NCBI GenBank assembly: GCA_041912555.1
Contig: JAYRMU010000017.1
Span: 2,608-66,607 of the forward strand
Reading direction: 5' to 3'
DNA: 64,000 nt
From: Thermoanaerobaculia bacterium
GTDB taxonomy: Bacteria; Acidobacteriota; Thermoanaerobaculia; UBA5066; Gp7-AA6
Shown here: positions 55,982 to 64,000 of the stretch, piece after piece
How positions within the stretch are numbered: the first letter of the stretch is position 1
Layout: every line of letters starts with the position of its first letter
Position numbers and translations under genes: made by a program
The notes under the pieces: model-generated
Told to the model about the DNA's origin: nothing
What the model saw: only the letters and a program-made list of their open reading frames with translations
Databases searched by the model: none

Positions 55982-56377
55982 GTGTATCCTGCCGCGGTGA
56001 CCTCGGAGAGGGACGAGCGGGCTGCGGTCTTCGAAGAGGCCCGCCTCGAGCGCGAGCGCCGGACGGTGGCGGCGATGATCGGCATCTACTGCCGCGCCAA
56101 GCACTCGTCCGGAGCCTCGCTGTGCGACGAGTGCGCGGATCTCGAGGCCTACACGCGCCTGCGTCTGGAGAAGTGCCCCTACGGCGAGGCGAAGCCGACC
56201 TGCGCGAATTGCCCGATCCACTGTTACCAGCCGCACCGCCGCGAGCAGGTCCGGCGCGTCATGGCGTTCTCGGGCCCGAGGATCCTCTGGCGCCATCCCG
56301 TGCTCGCGGTGCGCCACATGCTCGACGGCTCGCGAAAGGCGCCGCCGCTCGTCCGGGGGCGGGTCGCGGAGAAGTGA
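55982..56377 (+). CDS. Nitrous-oxide-stimulated promoter family (YgbA-like) Cys-rich protein
   Basis: CDECADLEAYTRLRLEKCPYGEAKPTCANCPIHCY pattern; the GTG start is just outside attR. Confidence 0.6.
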   Translation: MYPAAVTSERDERAAVFEEARLERERRTVAAMIGIYCRAKHSSGASLCDECADLEAYTRLRLEKCPYGEAKPTCANCPIHCYQPHRREQVRRVMAFSGPRILWRHPVLAVRHMLDGSRKAPPLVRGRVAEK

Positions 56378-56712
56378 GAGTGCTCGCGCTCCTCGCCCCG
56401 GCCCTCTCCGCCCTCGTTCTCGCCGCCCACTTCCTGCGCGCCGGCCGAACGGCGGCGGTCGCGGCTTCGCTCGCGATCGTCGTCCTGCTGGCGATCCCGC
56501 GCCGATGGGCCGTGCGCGTTGCGCAGGCCGCGCTTCTCCTCGGTGCGGCCGAGTGGATCAGGACGCTGGCCCTCCTCGTGGCGGAACGGCGCGGGGCGCA
56601 CGCCCCGTACGCGCGCCTCGCGGTCATCCTGTCGGCGGTGGCCGCGGGAACGGTCGCCTCCGCGCTGGTTCTCGGGTCGCGTCGGCTGCGCGGCCGCGAT
56701 CGGGTGAGCTGA
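56374..56712 (+). CDS. Small multi-pass membrane protein (112 aa)
   Basis: Three hydrophobic helices; GTGA overlap with the YgbA-like gene. Confidence 0.5.
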   Translation: MRVLALLAPALSALVLAAHFLRAGRTAAVAASLAIVVLLAIPRRWAVRVAQAALLLGAAEWIRTLALLVAERRGAHAPYARLAVILSAVAAGTVASALVLGSRRLRGRDRVS

Positions 56713-57014
56713 AGAGCGGCGGTTCCGCGCGACTGCCGCGTCGCCGGGAGGGCCGGATTCCAGGGGCGGGGCGGACTCTCCCCGGCGCCCTCGACGCGCG
56801 GGCGTTCGGGGCGGGTCCAGGGGATCCGTGTGCGCTCCATCACCATCCCCGCGCGGCGAATTGATCCGAACGAATCAAGGCCGCAGCCCGCATCCCTGCG
56901 AGAGTGATCCGGGAGGCCATTGTGCGCTCTCCGAAAGCAATCCATGACGCGAGACCGGGCCAGCGCGCTTCCGCGCGGCACGGCGCCGCGTCCGAATGTC
57001 AGGAGGCCGGTCCG

Positions 57015-58136
57015 ATGTTCACGTTGCGCGCGTCGTTCCTGTCCAGGGTGGCAGCCTTCGTCTGTCTCGCGTCCTTGCTCGGGCAGGCCCTCTTCGCCTG
57101 CACGGCGGTGGACATCGTCGCGGCCGACAGGTCCGTCGTCGCGGCCCGCACGATGGAATGGGCCTTCGACATGCAGTGGACCCTGGTCAGCATTCCCCGG
57201 GGCACCTCGATCACGATGTCGGCGCCGCCGGCCCTCAAGCTTCCGGCGACGACGTCCGCGACGAAGTACTCCGTGGTGGGAGTCAGCGCCGGCATCATCC
57301 CCGGCGGCGCCCTGCTCGAGGGCCAGAACTCCGCGGGGCTCGGCATGAGCGGCAATTTCCTTCCGGGCTTCACGCAGTACCAGACCGTGACCCCGAAGGA
57401 CAGGAACTACGTCTCGATCCTGTCGTTCGGGTCCTGGGTGCTCGGCAACCACGCCACGGTCGCCGAGGTGCGCGCGGCGCTGCCGAACGTCAAGGTCTGG
57501 ACCGATCCGTCGCTGCCGTCGGGCCCCACGCCGCCCACGATCCACTTCGTCTTCACGGATCGGACCGGCGCGGGTCTCGTCGTCGAGTACGTCGGCGGCG
57601 AGCTGCGCCTCCACGACAGCGTGGCCCGCGTCCTGACGAACGCGCCGACCTACGACTGGCACCTCCTCAACCTGCGCAACTACCTGAACCTCACGACGGT
57701 CGGCACGCAGAGCGAGCGCATCGGCTCGGTGGACGTGACCGCGCTCGGCCAGGGCGGCGGGATCATCGGCATCCCGGGCGACTACACGCCTCCGTCCCGG
57801 TTCGTGCGCGCCGCGTTCCTGCGCCACAACGTCCCGCAGCCGGCCAACGCGGCCGAGGCGATCGCGGTCCTCGCGCACGTGCTCAACACGGTGGACATCC
57901 CCATCGGCATCGCGCAGAGCAAGGACGGCGACAAGGTCGTCTCCGACTACACGCAGTGGGTGGCCTTCAAGGACCTGACCCACAACAAGCTGGTCATCGC
58001 CGACTACGCGCACCGGCTGACCTTCCTGACGCTCGACCTCGATCCCATCTTCGCGCAGGACAAGCCGACGTCGGTGCTCGTGACGGCGTTGCCGTATCCG
58101 AAGGCCATCGAGGGGACGAAGGCCCTGCTGAAGTAG
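57015..58136 (+). CDS. Choloylglycine hydrolase / penicillin V acylase family Ntn-hydrolase (secreted)
   Basis: SD aggagg. The signal peptide ends ...ALFA|CTAVDIV, giving the Ntn Cys nucleophile. Family-typical motifs include NRNYVS and other conserved regions. Confidence 0.8.
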   Translation: MFTLRASFLSRVAAFVCLASLLGQALFACTAVDIVAADRSVVAARTMEWAFDMQWTLVSIPRGTSITMSAPPALKLPATTSATKYSVVGVSAGIIPGGALLEGQNSAGLGMSGNFLPGFTQYQTVTPKDRNYVSILSFGSWVLGNHATVAEVRAALPNVKVWTDPSLPSGPTPPTIHFVFTDRTGAGLVVEYVGGELRLHDSVARVLTNAPTYDWHLLNLRNYLNLTTVGTQSERIGSVDVTALGQGGGIIGIPGDYTPPSRFVRAAFLRHNVPQPANAAEAIAVLAHVLNTVDIPIGIAQSKDGDKVVSDYTQWVAFKDLTHNKLVIADYAHRLTFLTLDLDPIFAQDKPTSVLVTALPYPKAIEGTKALLK

Positions 58137-58251
58137 GGAGGGCGCGTCACCGGGGCGCCGCCGGGCGCCCCGGCGTTGCGCGCGGCGAGGCCAGGCAAGT
58201 AGCATGGCGGCGGCCCCCCGGGGCCGCCAACCGCGAAAAGAGGAGCGAGCC

Positions 58252-59199
58252 GTGCCGTCGCCAGCGACCCTGTCGATCGTCGTTCCCGTCTACAACGAGG
58301 AGGCCGCGCTTCCGCACACCCACCGGGAGCTCTGCCGGCTGGCCGGGCAGCCCGCCTTCGCCGCGCTCGACTGGATCGAAATCGTCTACGTGGACGACGG
58401 CTCGAGGGACGGCACGGCGAAGGCCCTCGAGGAGATCCGCCGGGCGCCGCAGCCGGTCCGCGTCCAGGTCCTGCGCTTCAGCCGCAACTTCGGCCACTCC
58501 GCGGCCGTCTTCGCCGGGCTCGACGCCGCGGGCGGCGCGACCGTCGCGATTCTCGACGCCGACCTCCAGGACCCGCCGGCCCTGCTCCCGGCCATGTACG
58601 AACAGCTCGCCGGGGGCTACGACGTCGTGTATGGCCAGCGGCAGCGCCGCGAGGGAGACACCGCGTTCAAGCGGGCGACCGCCTGGCTGTTCTACCGGCT
58701 GCTCGCTCTCCTGACGGGCGTCGAGATCCCTCCCGATACGGGCGACTTCCGGATCATGACCCGCGAGGTTCGCGACGCGGTGATCTCGTGCCGGGAGCAG
58801 CAGCCGTTCCTCCGCGGGCTCGTCGCCTGGGTCGGGTTCCGGCAGAGGGCCTTCCCGTACCACCGGGCGCGCCGCGAGCACGGCGTGTCGAAATATCCGA
58901 TCCGCAAGATGCTCGGCCTCGCGGTCAATGCCGTGCTCAGCTTCTCGAACCTGCCGCTGCGCCTGGCGATCTACGTCGGATTCCTGGGATTCGCGGGGAG
59001 CCTCGCGATCTCGGCGTGGGCCCTCCGGCAGTACCTCCGGCACGAGGTGATCCAGGGCTGGACCTCCGTCCTGCTCGGGTACCTCTACGGCCAGTCGATC
59101 ACGCTGATGACCATCGGCTTCATCGGGCTCTACGTCGGGCAGATCGAGGAGCAGGCGAAGGGGCGTCCGAGGTACATCGTTCGCAAAGACGCCTCCTGA
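58252..59199 (+). CDS. GT2 polyprenyl-phosphate glycosyltransferase (DPM1/GtrB/ArnC-like) with C-terminal TM helices
   Basis: LSIVVPVYNEE, DDGSRDGT and DADLQD motifs; GTG start with SD aggag. Confidence 0.8.
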   Translation: MPSPATLSIVVPVYNEEAALPHTHRELCRLAGQPAFAALDWIEIVYVDDGSRDGTAKALEEIRRAPQPVRVQVLRFSRNFGHSAAVFAGLDAAGGATVAILDADLQDPPALLPAMYEQLAGGYDVVYGQRQRREGDTAFKRATAWLFYRLLALLTGVEIPPDTGDFRIMTREVRDAVISCREQQPFLRGLVAWVGFRQRAFPYHRARREHGVSKYPIRKMLGLAVNAVLSFSNLPLRLAIYVGFLGFAGSLAISAWALRQYLRHEVIQGWTSVLLGYLYGQSITLMTIGFIGLYVGQIEEQAKGRPRYIVRKDAS

Positions 59200-59339
59200 G
59201 CCCCGTGAGGCCGCGGGTCCGGGCCCGGCGGCCCGTCCGCGAGAGGACGGCGCGGGGGGTCTCGATGCGCGGCTTCCGGGATAGAGTGAGCCCATCTGGG
59301 CGCCATCCCCGGCGCGCCAGCATTTCGAGGAGAGACGCT

Positions 59340-60956
59340 ATGAGGCGAGCCCACCACCGGGTCTTCGGAGCGGTTGCTCTGGCCGCGACGGTCTGGCTCT
59401 CGAACGCGGCGCCCGCCGCCGCTCAACAGAAGAAGCCCAACATCATCTTCATCATGGCCGACGACATCGGCTGGTACAACATCGGCGCGTACAACCAGGG
59501 CATCATGTCCGGGCGCACGCCGAACCTCGATCGCCTCGCCTCGGAGGGAATGCGGTTCACGGACTACTACGCCGAGGCGAGCTGCACGGCGGGCCGCGCC
59601 AACTTCATCACGGGGGAGATTCCCATCCGGACCGGAATGACGACCGTCGGACAGGCCGGCGCCACGATCGGCATGCCGGCCGAAGCCCCGACGATCGCGA
59701 CCGCCTTGAAGTCCATGGGCTACGCCACGGGCCAGTTCGGCAAGAACCACCTGGGCGACCTCAACCAGTTCCTGCCCACGGTCCACGGTTTCGATGAGTT
59801 CTTCGGATACCTGTACCACCTCGACGCGATGGAAGATCCCTGCCACGTCAACTACCCGCCGGCGGCCAAGGACACGGTCGGGCCCCGCAACATGCTCCAC
59901 ACCTGGGCCACGGACGTGGACGATCCGACCGTGCAGCCGCGCTGGGGCAAGATCGGCAAGCAGAAGATCGAGGACGCGGGCCAGCTCTGCCCCGAGCGGA
60001 TGGAGACGGTGGACGACGAGATCCTGGCCAACGCCCTGAAGTTCCTCGACAAGTCCCGCGCGGCCAACAAGCCGTTCTTCCTGTGGCTGAACCCGACGCG
60101 CATGCACGTCGTCACGCACCTCTCGCCGAAGTACCAGAAGATGCGGACGCCCGAGAACGGCTGGTCCATCCAGGAAGCCGGCATGGCGCAGCTCGACGAC
60201 ATCGTCGGCTCGGTCCTCCAGTACGTCAAGGACAACGGCCTCGACGACAACACCATCATCGCGTTCACGACGGACAACGGCGCCGAGAACTTCACGTGGC
60301 CCGACGGCGGGAACACGCCGTTCGCCGGGGGCAAGGGCACGGCGCTCGAGGGCGGGTTCCGCGTTCCGGCGCTGATCCGCTGGCCGGGCAAGATCCCGGC
60401 CGGCAGGATCGAGAACGGCATCGTGTCCGGCCTCGACTGGTTCCCGACGTTCGTGTCGCTCGCCGGCAACCCGAACATCACGTCGGAGTTCCTCAAGGGC
60501 AAGGCCATCGGCGGGACGACGTACAAGGTGCACCTGGACGGCTACGATCAGACCGACATGCTGATGGGCAAGGGCCCGTCCAGGCGCCACGAGCTCTTTT
60601 ACTTCACGGAAGGCACGCTCTCGGCGGTGCGCATCGACGACTACAAGTACCGCTTCACCGATCAGCCCAATGGCTGGCTCGGCGCGACGTTGAAGGTCGA
60701 CTGGCCGATCCTCGTCAACCTGCGCCTCGACCCGTTCGAGCGAATGGGGATGTACAACGGCAAGGACAACGGCTCGATCGCGTACTACAACTGGTTCGCC
60801 TACGAGTTCTGGCGCTTCGTGTACGTCCAGCAGGAAGTCGGAAAGGCCGCGCAGACCTTCCTCGAGTACCCGCCGATGCAGAAGGGCGCGAGCTTCAATC
60901 TCGAGGCCCTGAAGGCGGAGCTCGAGAAGCGGATGCACGCGCAGCAGAACCAGTAG
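59340..60956 (+). CDS. Arylsulfatase (signal peptide; FGly motif variant C-T-A-G-R)
   Basis: IIFIMADDIGW and SCTAGRANFITG (C-x-A-x-R rather than C-x-P-x-R), plus the full sulfatase fold. SD gaggag. Confidence 0.85.
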   Translation: MRRAHHRVFGAVALAATVWLSNAAPAAAQQKKPNIIFIMADDIGWYNIGAYNQGIMSGRTPNLDRLASEGMRFTDYYAEASCTAGRANFITGEIPIRTGMTTVGQAGATIGMPAEAPTIATALKSMGYATGQFGKNHLGDLNQFLPTVHGFDEFFGYLYHLDAMEDPCHVNYPPAAKDTVGPRNMLHTWATDVDDPTVQPRWGKIGKQKIEDAGQLCPERMETVDDEILANALKFLDKSRAANKPFFLWLNPTRMHVVTHLSPKYQKMRTPENGWSIQEAGMAQLDDIVGSVLQYVKDNGLDDNTIIAFTTDNGAENFTWPDGGNTPFAGGKGTALEGGFRVPALIRWPGKIPAGRIENGIVSGLDWFPTFVSLAGNPNITSEFLKGKAIGGTTYKVHLDGYDQTDMLMGKGPSRRHELFYFTEGTLSAVRIDDYKYRFTDQPNGWLGATLKVDWPILVNLRLDPFERMGMYNGKDNGSIAYYNWFAYEFWRFVYVQQEVGKAAQTFLEYPPMQKGASFNLEALKAELEKRMHAQQNQ

Positions 60957-60978
60957 CCTTCCAGTTCGATCGCGGAAG

Positions 60979-61007
60979 GGCGCCCCGGAAGGGGCGCCTT
61001 TTTTTTT
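60979..61007 (+). terminator. Rho-independent terminator
   Basis: ggcgcccc-ggaa-ggggcgcc hairpin followed by T9, immediately after the arylsulfatase stop. Confidence 0.65.
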
Positions 61008-61066
61008 GCGCCCGCTCGGCCCTTTCGGGCCGCGGTTACAATCGCCGCCTTCTCCGAAGGAGTCCG

Positions 61067-62641
61067 ATGTTCAGAACGGCTCGTTCCCGCGGGACGGCAG
61101 CTTGCCTCGTGGGCGCTCTGACGGCGGCCGCGATGGCCTTCGCGGCCGAGCGGCCGCCCCGGACGGCGACGCCGATCACGAGGGTGGTCGTGATCTTCCA
61201 GGAGAACGTCTCGTTCGACCACTACTTCGCGACGTATCCGGTCGCCCTGAACCCGCCGGGGGAGCCCGCCTTCGTCGCGGCACCCGGCACGCCGACCGTC
61301 AACGGCCTCTCGGGCGCGCTGCTGACCCACAATCCCAACTCCGTGAATCCCTTTCGCCTGGGCCGCTCGCAGGCCGCCACCTGCGACCAGGACCACGAAT
61401 ACACGGCCGAGCAGCAGGCGGTTCACGGCGGCCTGATGGATCGCTTCGTCGAGTTCACCGGCGCGCGGACTCCCGGGTGCCAGTCCTCCCAGGTCATGGC
61501 GTACTTCGACGGAAACACCGTCACCGCCCTCTGGAACTACGCCCAGCGCTACTCGATGAGCGACAACTTCTTCGACACGGGGTTCGGGCCCTCGACGCCA
61601 GGCCACATCAACCTCGTGTCGGGGCAGACCCACGGCATCGACGTCTTCAACCGGCCCGTTTCGGCGGACGACGTCGCCCCGGGCACCGCCACGATGATCG
61701 GCGATCCCCAGCCCTACTACGACGACTGCTCCACGCTGGAGACGGTCGGCCTGTCGGGCCGCAACGTGGGAGACCTCCTCAACGCGAAGGGCGTGACCTG
61801 GGGGTGGTTCCAGGGCGGGTTCCGGCCCACGGCGACGACGGGCGGGAGGGCGGCCTGCGGGGCCACCCACACCGGGAGCAACGGGCAGCCCAAGGGCGAC
61901 TACATCCCGCACCACGAGCCGTTCCAGTACTACGCGTCGACGTCGAACCCGCACCACCTGCCGCCCTCGTCGGTCGCGGCCATCGGCCGCACCGACCAGG
62001 CCAACCACCAGTACGACCTGTCCGACTTCTGGGACGCGGCGTCCGCGGGGGCCCTTCCGGCGGTGAGCTTCCTGAAGGCTCCCGGCTACCAGGACGGGCA
62101 CGCGGGCTACTCGGACCCGCTCGCCGAGCAGACGTTCCTCGTCGAGACGATCAACCGCCTCCAGCGTCTTCCGGACTGGGGCCGGATGGCGATCTTCATC
62201 GCCTGGGACGACTCCGACGGCTGGTACGACCACGTCATGCCCCCGATCGTCAGCCGGTCGAACAGCCCGGCCGACGCGTTGACCGGACCGAGCATCCCCG
62301 GCGCCCCTCCTTCGGGCGATTGCGGCGTTCCCGAGCCCGGCGCCTACCTGGGCCGCTGCGGTTACGGCCAGCGGCTGCCCCTGCTCGTCGTCTCTCCCTA
62401 CGCGAAGGTCAACTTCGTGGATCACACGACCGCGGACACGACCTCGATCCTCCGCTTCATCGAAGACAACTGGGGTCTCGGGCGCATCGGCGACCAGTCG
62501 CTCGACGAGAAGTCGGGGAGCCTGCTCGGCCTCTTCGACTTCCGGCGCGGCGACCCGGGGCGGCGGCTGGCGCTCGATCCGGAGACCGGTGCGCGGAGGG
62601 GCGCGGACGGAAGAGGGACGGCCGCTGCCTCGCAGCCCTGA
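61067..62641 (+). CDS. Phosphoesterase family protein (AcpA acid phosphatase / non-haemolytic phospholipase C type), secreted
   Basis: VVVIFQENVSFDHYFATYP hallmark. It has a signal peptide and an SD (aaggag). Confidence 0.8.
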   Translation: MFRTARSRGTAACLVGALTAAAMAFAAERPPRTATPITRVVVIFQENVSFDHYFATYPVALNPPGEPAFVAAPGTPTVNGLSGALLTHNPNSVNPFRLGRSQAATCDQDHEYTAEQQAVHGGLMDRFVEFTGARTPGCQSSQVMAYFDGNTVTALWNYAQRYSMSDNFFDTGFGPSTPGHINLVSGQTHGIDVFNRPVSADDVAPGTATMIGDPQPYYDDCSTLETVGLSGRNVGDLLNAKGVTWGWFQGGFRPTATTGGRAACGATHTGSNGQPKGDYIPHHEPFQYYASTSNPHHLPPSSVAAIGRTDQANHQYDLSDFWDAASAGALPAVSFLKAPGYQDGHAGYSDPLAEQTFLVETINRLQRLPDWGRMAIFIAWDDSDGWYDHVMPPIVSRSNSPADALTGPSIPGAPPSGDCGVPEPGAYLGRCGYGQRLPLLVVSPYAKVNFVDHTTADTTSILRFIEDNWGLGRIGDQSLDEKSGSLLGLFDFRRGDPGRRLALDPETGARRGADGRGTAAASQP

Positions 62642-62717
62642 AAGCTCTCGTCCCGATCTCGACGAGCTCGGTTGCGGGTGCTCGCCGTCGGACGCGGTCC
62701 GGCCGCCCTGATCCGCG

Positions 62718-63974
62718 CTAGCCCGAATCCCCGGAGCCGCGCCTTTCCGCGGCGCCGAGGCCCGCCGCCCGTCCGGTCGCCCAGGCCCACTGGAAGTTGT
62801 GGCCGCCGATCGGGCCGAACGCGTCCAGCAGCTCGCCGCAGAGATGGAGTCCCGGCTGCCGGCGGCTCTCGAGCGTGACGGGGTCCACTTCGTCGAGGCT
62901 CACGCCGCCCCCGGTCACCTCGGCCTTCGCGTAGCCCTCGTGGCCCGACCACGGGAGGTCGCCGCGAACCAGGGTCTCGGCCAGGCGCAGCCGGTCCTCC
63001 CGGCGCAGCTGCGAGAGCCGCACGCCGGGATCGACCGCCGTGGCGGCGCAGAGGGCGGTGGCCAGGCGTTCGGGCAACCGCGCGCGGAGGGCTCCGGCGA
63101 GGGTGCGCGTCCCCTCGGGCCGGAGGGCGTCGGACCAGTCCGCCTCGGAGAGATTCGTCCAGCGGACGGTCAGCCGCGCGTGCGCCGGGTCGCCGGGGCG
63201 GCTCTCGGACCGAACCGCGACGTGCGAGACGTCGAGAACGCCAGGGCCGCTGTACCCGCGGTGCGTGAAGAGAAAGCCTCCCGTCGCGGCGGCGGACCGG
63301 CCCGGGCCGCGGGCCGAGATCGTGACCGGCAGCGACAGGCCGGCGAGCGACGAGAAGGCCGAGGGCGGGGCCGTCAGGGGCGTCAGGGCCGGGTAGGTCG
63401 GGTGGATGGTGTGCCCCAGCTTTTCGAGGATCGCGAGGCCGACGCCGTCGCTGCCCGATTTCGGGACCGACAACCCTCCGGTCGCGACCACGACGGCGTC
63501 CGCCTCGATCGGAGGGCGTCCCTCGCGCTGGACTCTCCACCGGGGGCCGACGCGCTCGAGGCCGGTGACCAGGCAGTCGGGGACGACCTCGGCGCCGCGC
63601 CGCCGGGCGAGCGCGAGGAGCGCGTCGCGGACGTCGCGCGCACGGTTCGAGACGGGAAAGAGCTTGGCCGACTCCTTTTCCTCGGCCAGCGGGACGCCGA
63701 GCTCGCCTTCGAAGAAGAGGACCTGCTCGCGCAGGGGCCACGATCGAAGCAGGCGCTGGAGCATCCGGGGGGAAGAATCCGTGACGAACCGCGAGGCGTC
63801 GGCGCGCGCGGGGAGGACGTTGCAGCGGCCGCCGCCGCTGATGAGGATCTTCCGGCCTCCGTCGGAGGTCCTCTCGAGCAGAAGGGTCTCCGCGTCGGCC
63901 GAAGCCGCGAAGATGGAGGCCATCGTTCCGGCGGCTCCGGCGCCGATCACCGCGACTCGCCTGCGACCTCCCAT
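62718..63974 (-). CDS. HI0933/BaiN-like NAD(FAD)-utilising flavoprotein
   Basis: N-terminal VAVIGAGAAG dinucleotide fold, LISGGGRCN, and C-terminal family motifs. Confidence 0.8.
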   Translation of the reverse strand: MGGRRRVAVIGAGAAGTMASIFAASADAETLLLERTSDGGRKILISGGGRCNVLPARADASRFVTDSSPRMLQRLLRSWPLREQVLFFEGELGVPLAEEKESAKLFPVSNRARDVRDALLALARRRGAEVVPDCLVTGLERVGPRWRVQREGRPPIEADAVVVATGGLSVPKSGSDGVGLAILEKLGHTIHPTYPALTPLTAPPSAFSSLAGLSLPVTISARGPGRSAAATGGFLFTHRGYSGPGVLDVSHVAVRSESRPGDPAHARLTVRWTNLSEADWSDALRPEGTRTLAGALRARLPERLATALCAATAVDPGVRLSQLRREDRLRLAETLVRGDLPWSGHEGYAKAEVTGGGVSLDEVDPVTLESRRQPGLHLCGELLDAFGPIGGHNFQWAWATGRAAGLGAAERRGSGDSG

Positions 63975-64000
63975 GAGGGGCCGATCATCGCCCGGCCGGC

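Overview
This is a high-GC (~70%) bacterial chromosomal segment, probably Acidobacteriota: it encodes a VWFA-related Acidobacterial-domain protein and many TPR and secreted proteins. Most of the window is ordinary chromosome. Housekeeping content includes gatC-gatA, a CCA-adding enzyme, pilT, gpmI, a tkt-pgi-zwf pentose-phosphate/glycolysis cluster and an EF-G paralog. A glycogen/alpha-glucan cluster runs debranching enzyme - GT4 - GH57 - gpmI. Envelope and hydrolase genes include a LysM-amidase, an S8 subtilase, sulfatases, an AcpA/PlcN-type phosphoesterase, a choloylglycine-hydrolase-family amidase and a GT2 transferase. Signalling genes include a Ser/Thr kinase and a winged-helix-FHA regulator. 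The stand-out element is a ~17.6 kb mobile island at about 38.33-55.90 kb inserted into the 3' end of a tRNA-Pro(CGG) gene. It is bounded by a 46-bp direct repeat (attL/attR). It carries two tyrosine recombinases, RHH and excisionase-like genes, a prim-pol-like primase with iteron-like repeats, a Cro/cI-type repressor, and a terS-terL-like pair. No capsid, portal or tail genes are present, so it looks like a phage-satellite or degenerate-prophage type element with many small unknown genes. One island gene shares an unusual Cys-containing SLH-like domain with the chromosomal S8 protease and is frameshifted. Long Arg/Pro-rich ORFs in the six-frame track are mostly GC artefacts. Hand-derived coordinates not taken from the ORF track may be off by 1-2 nt.
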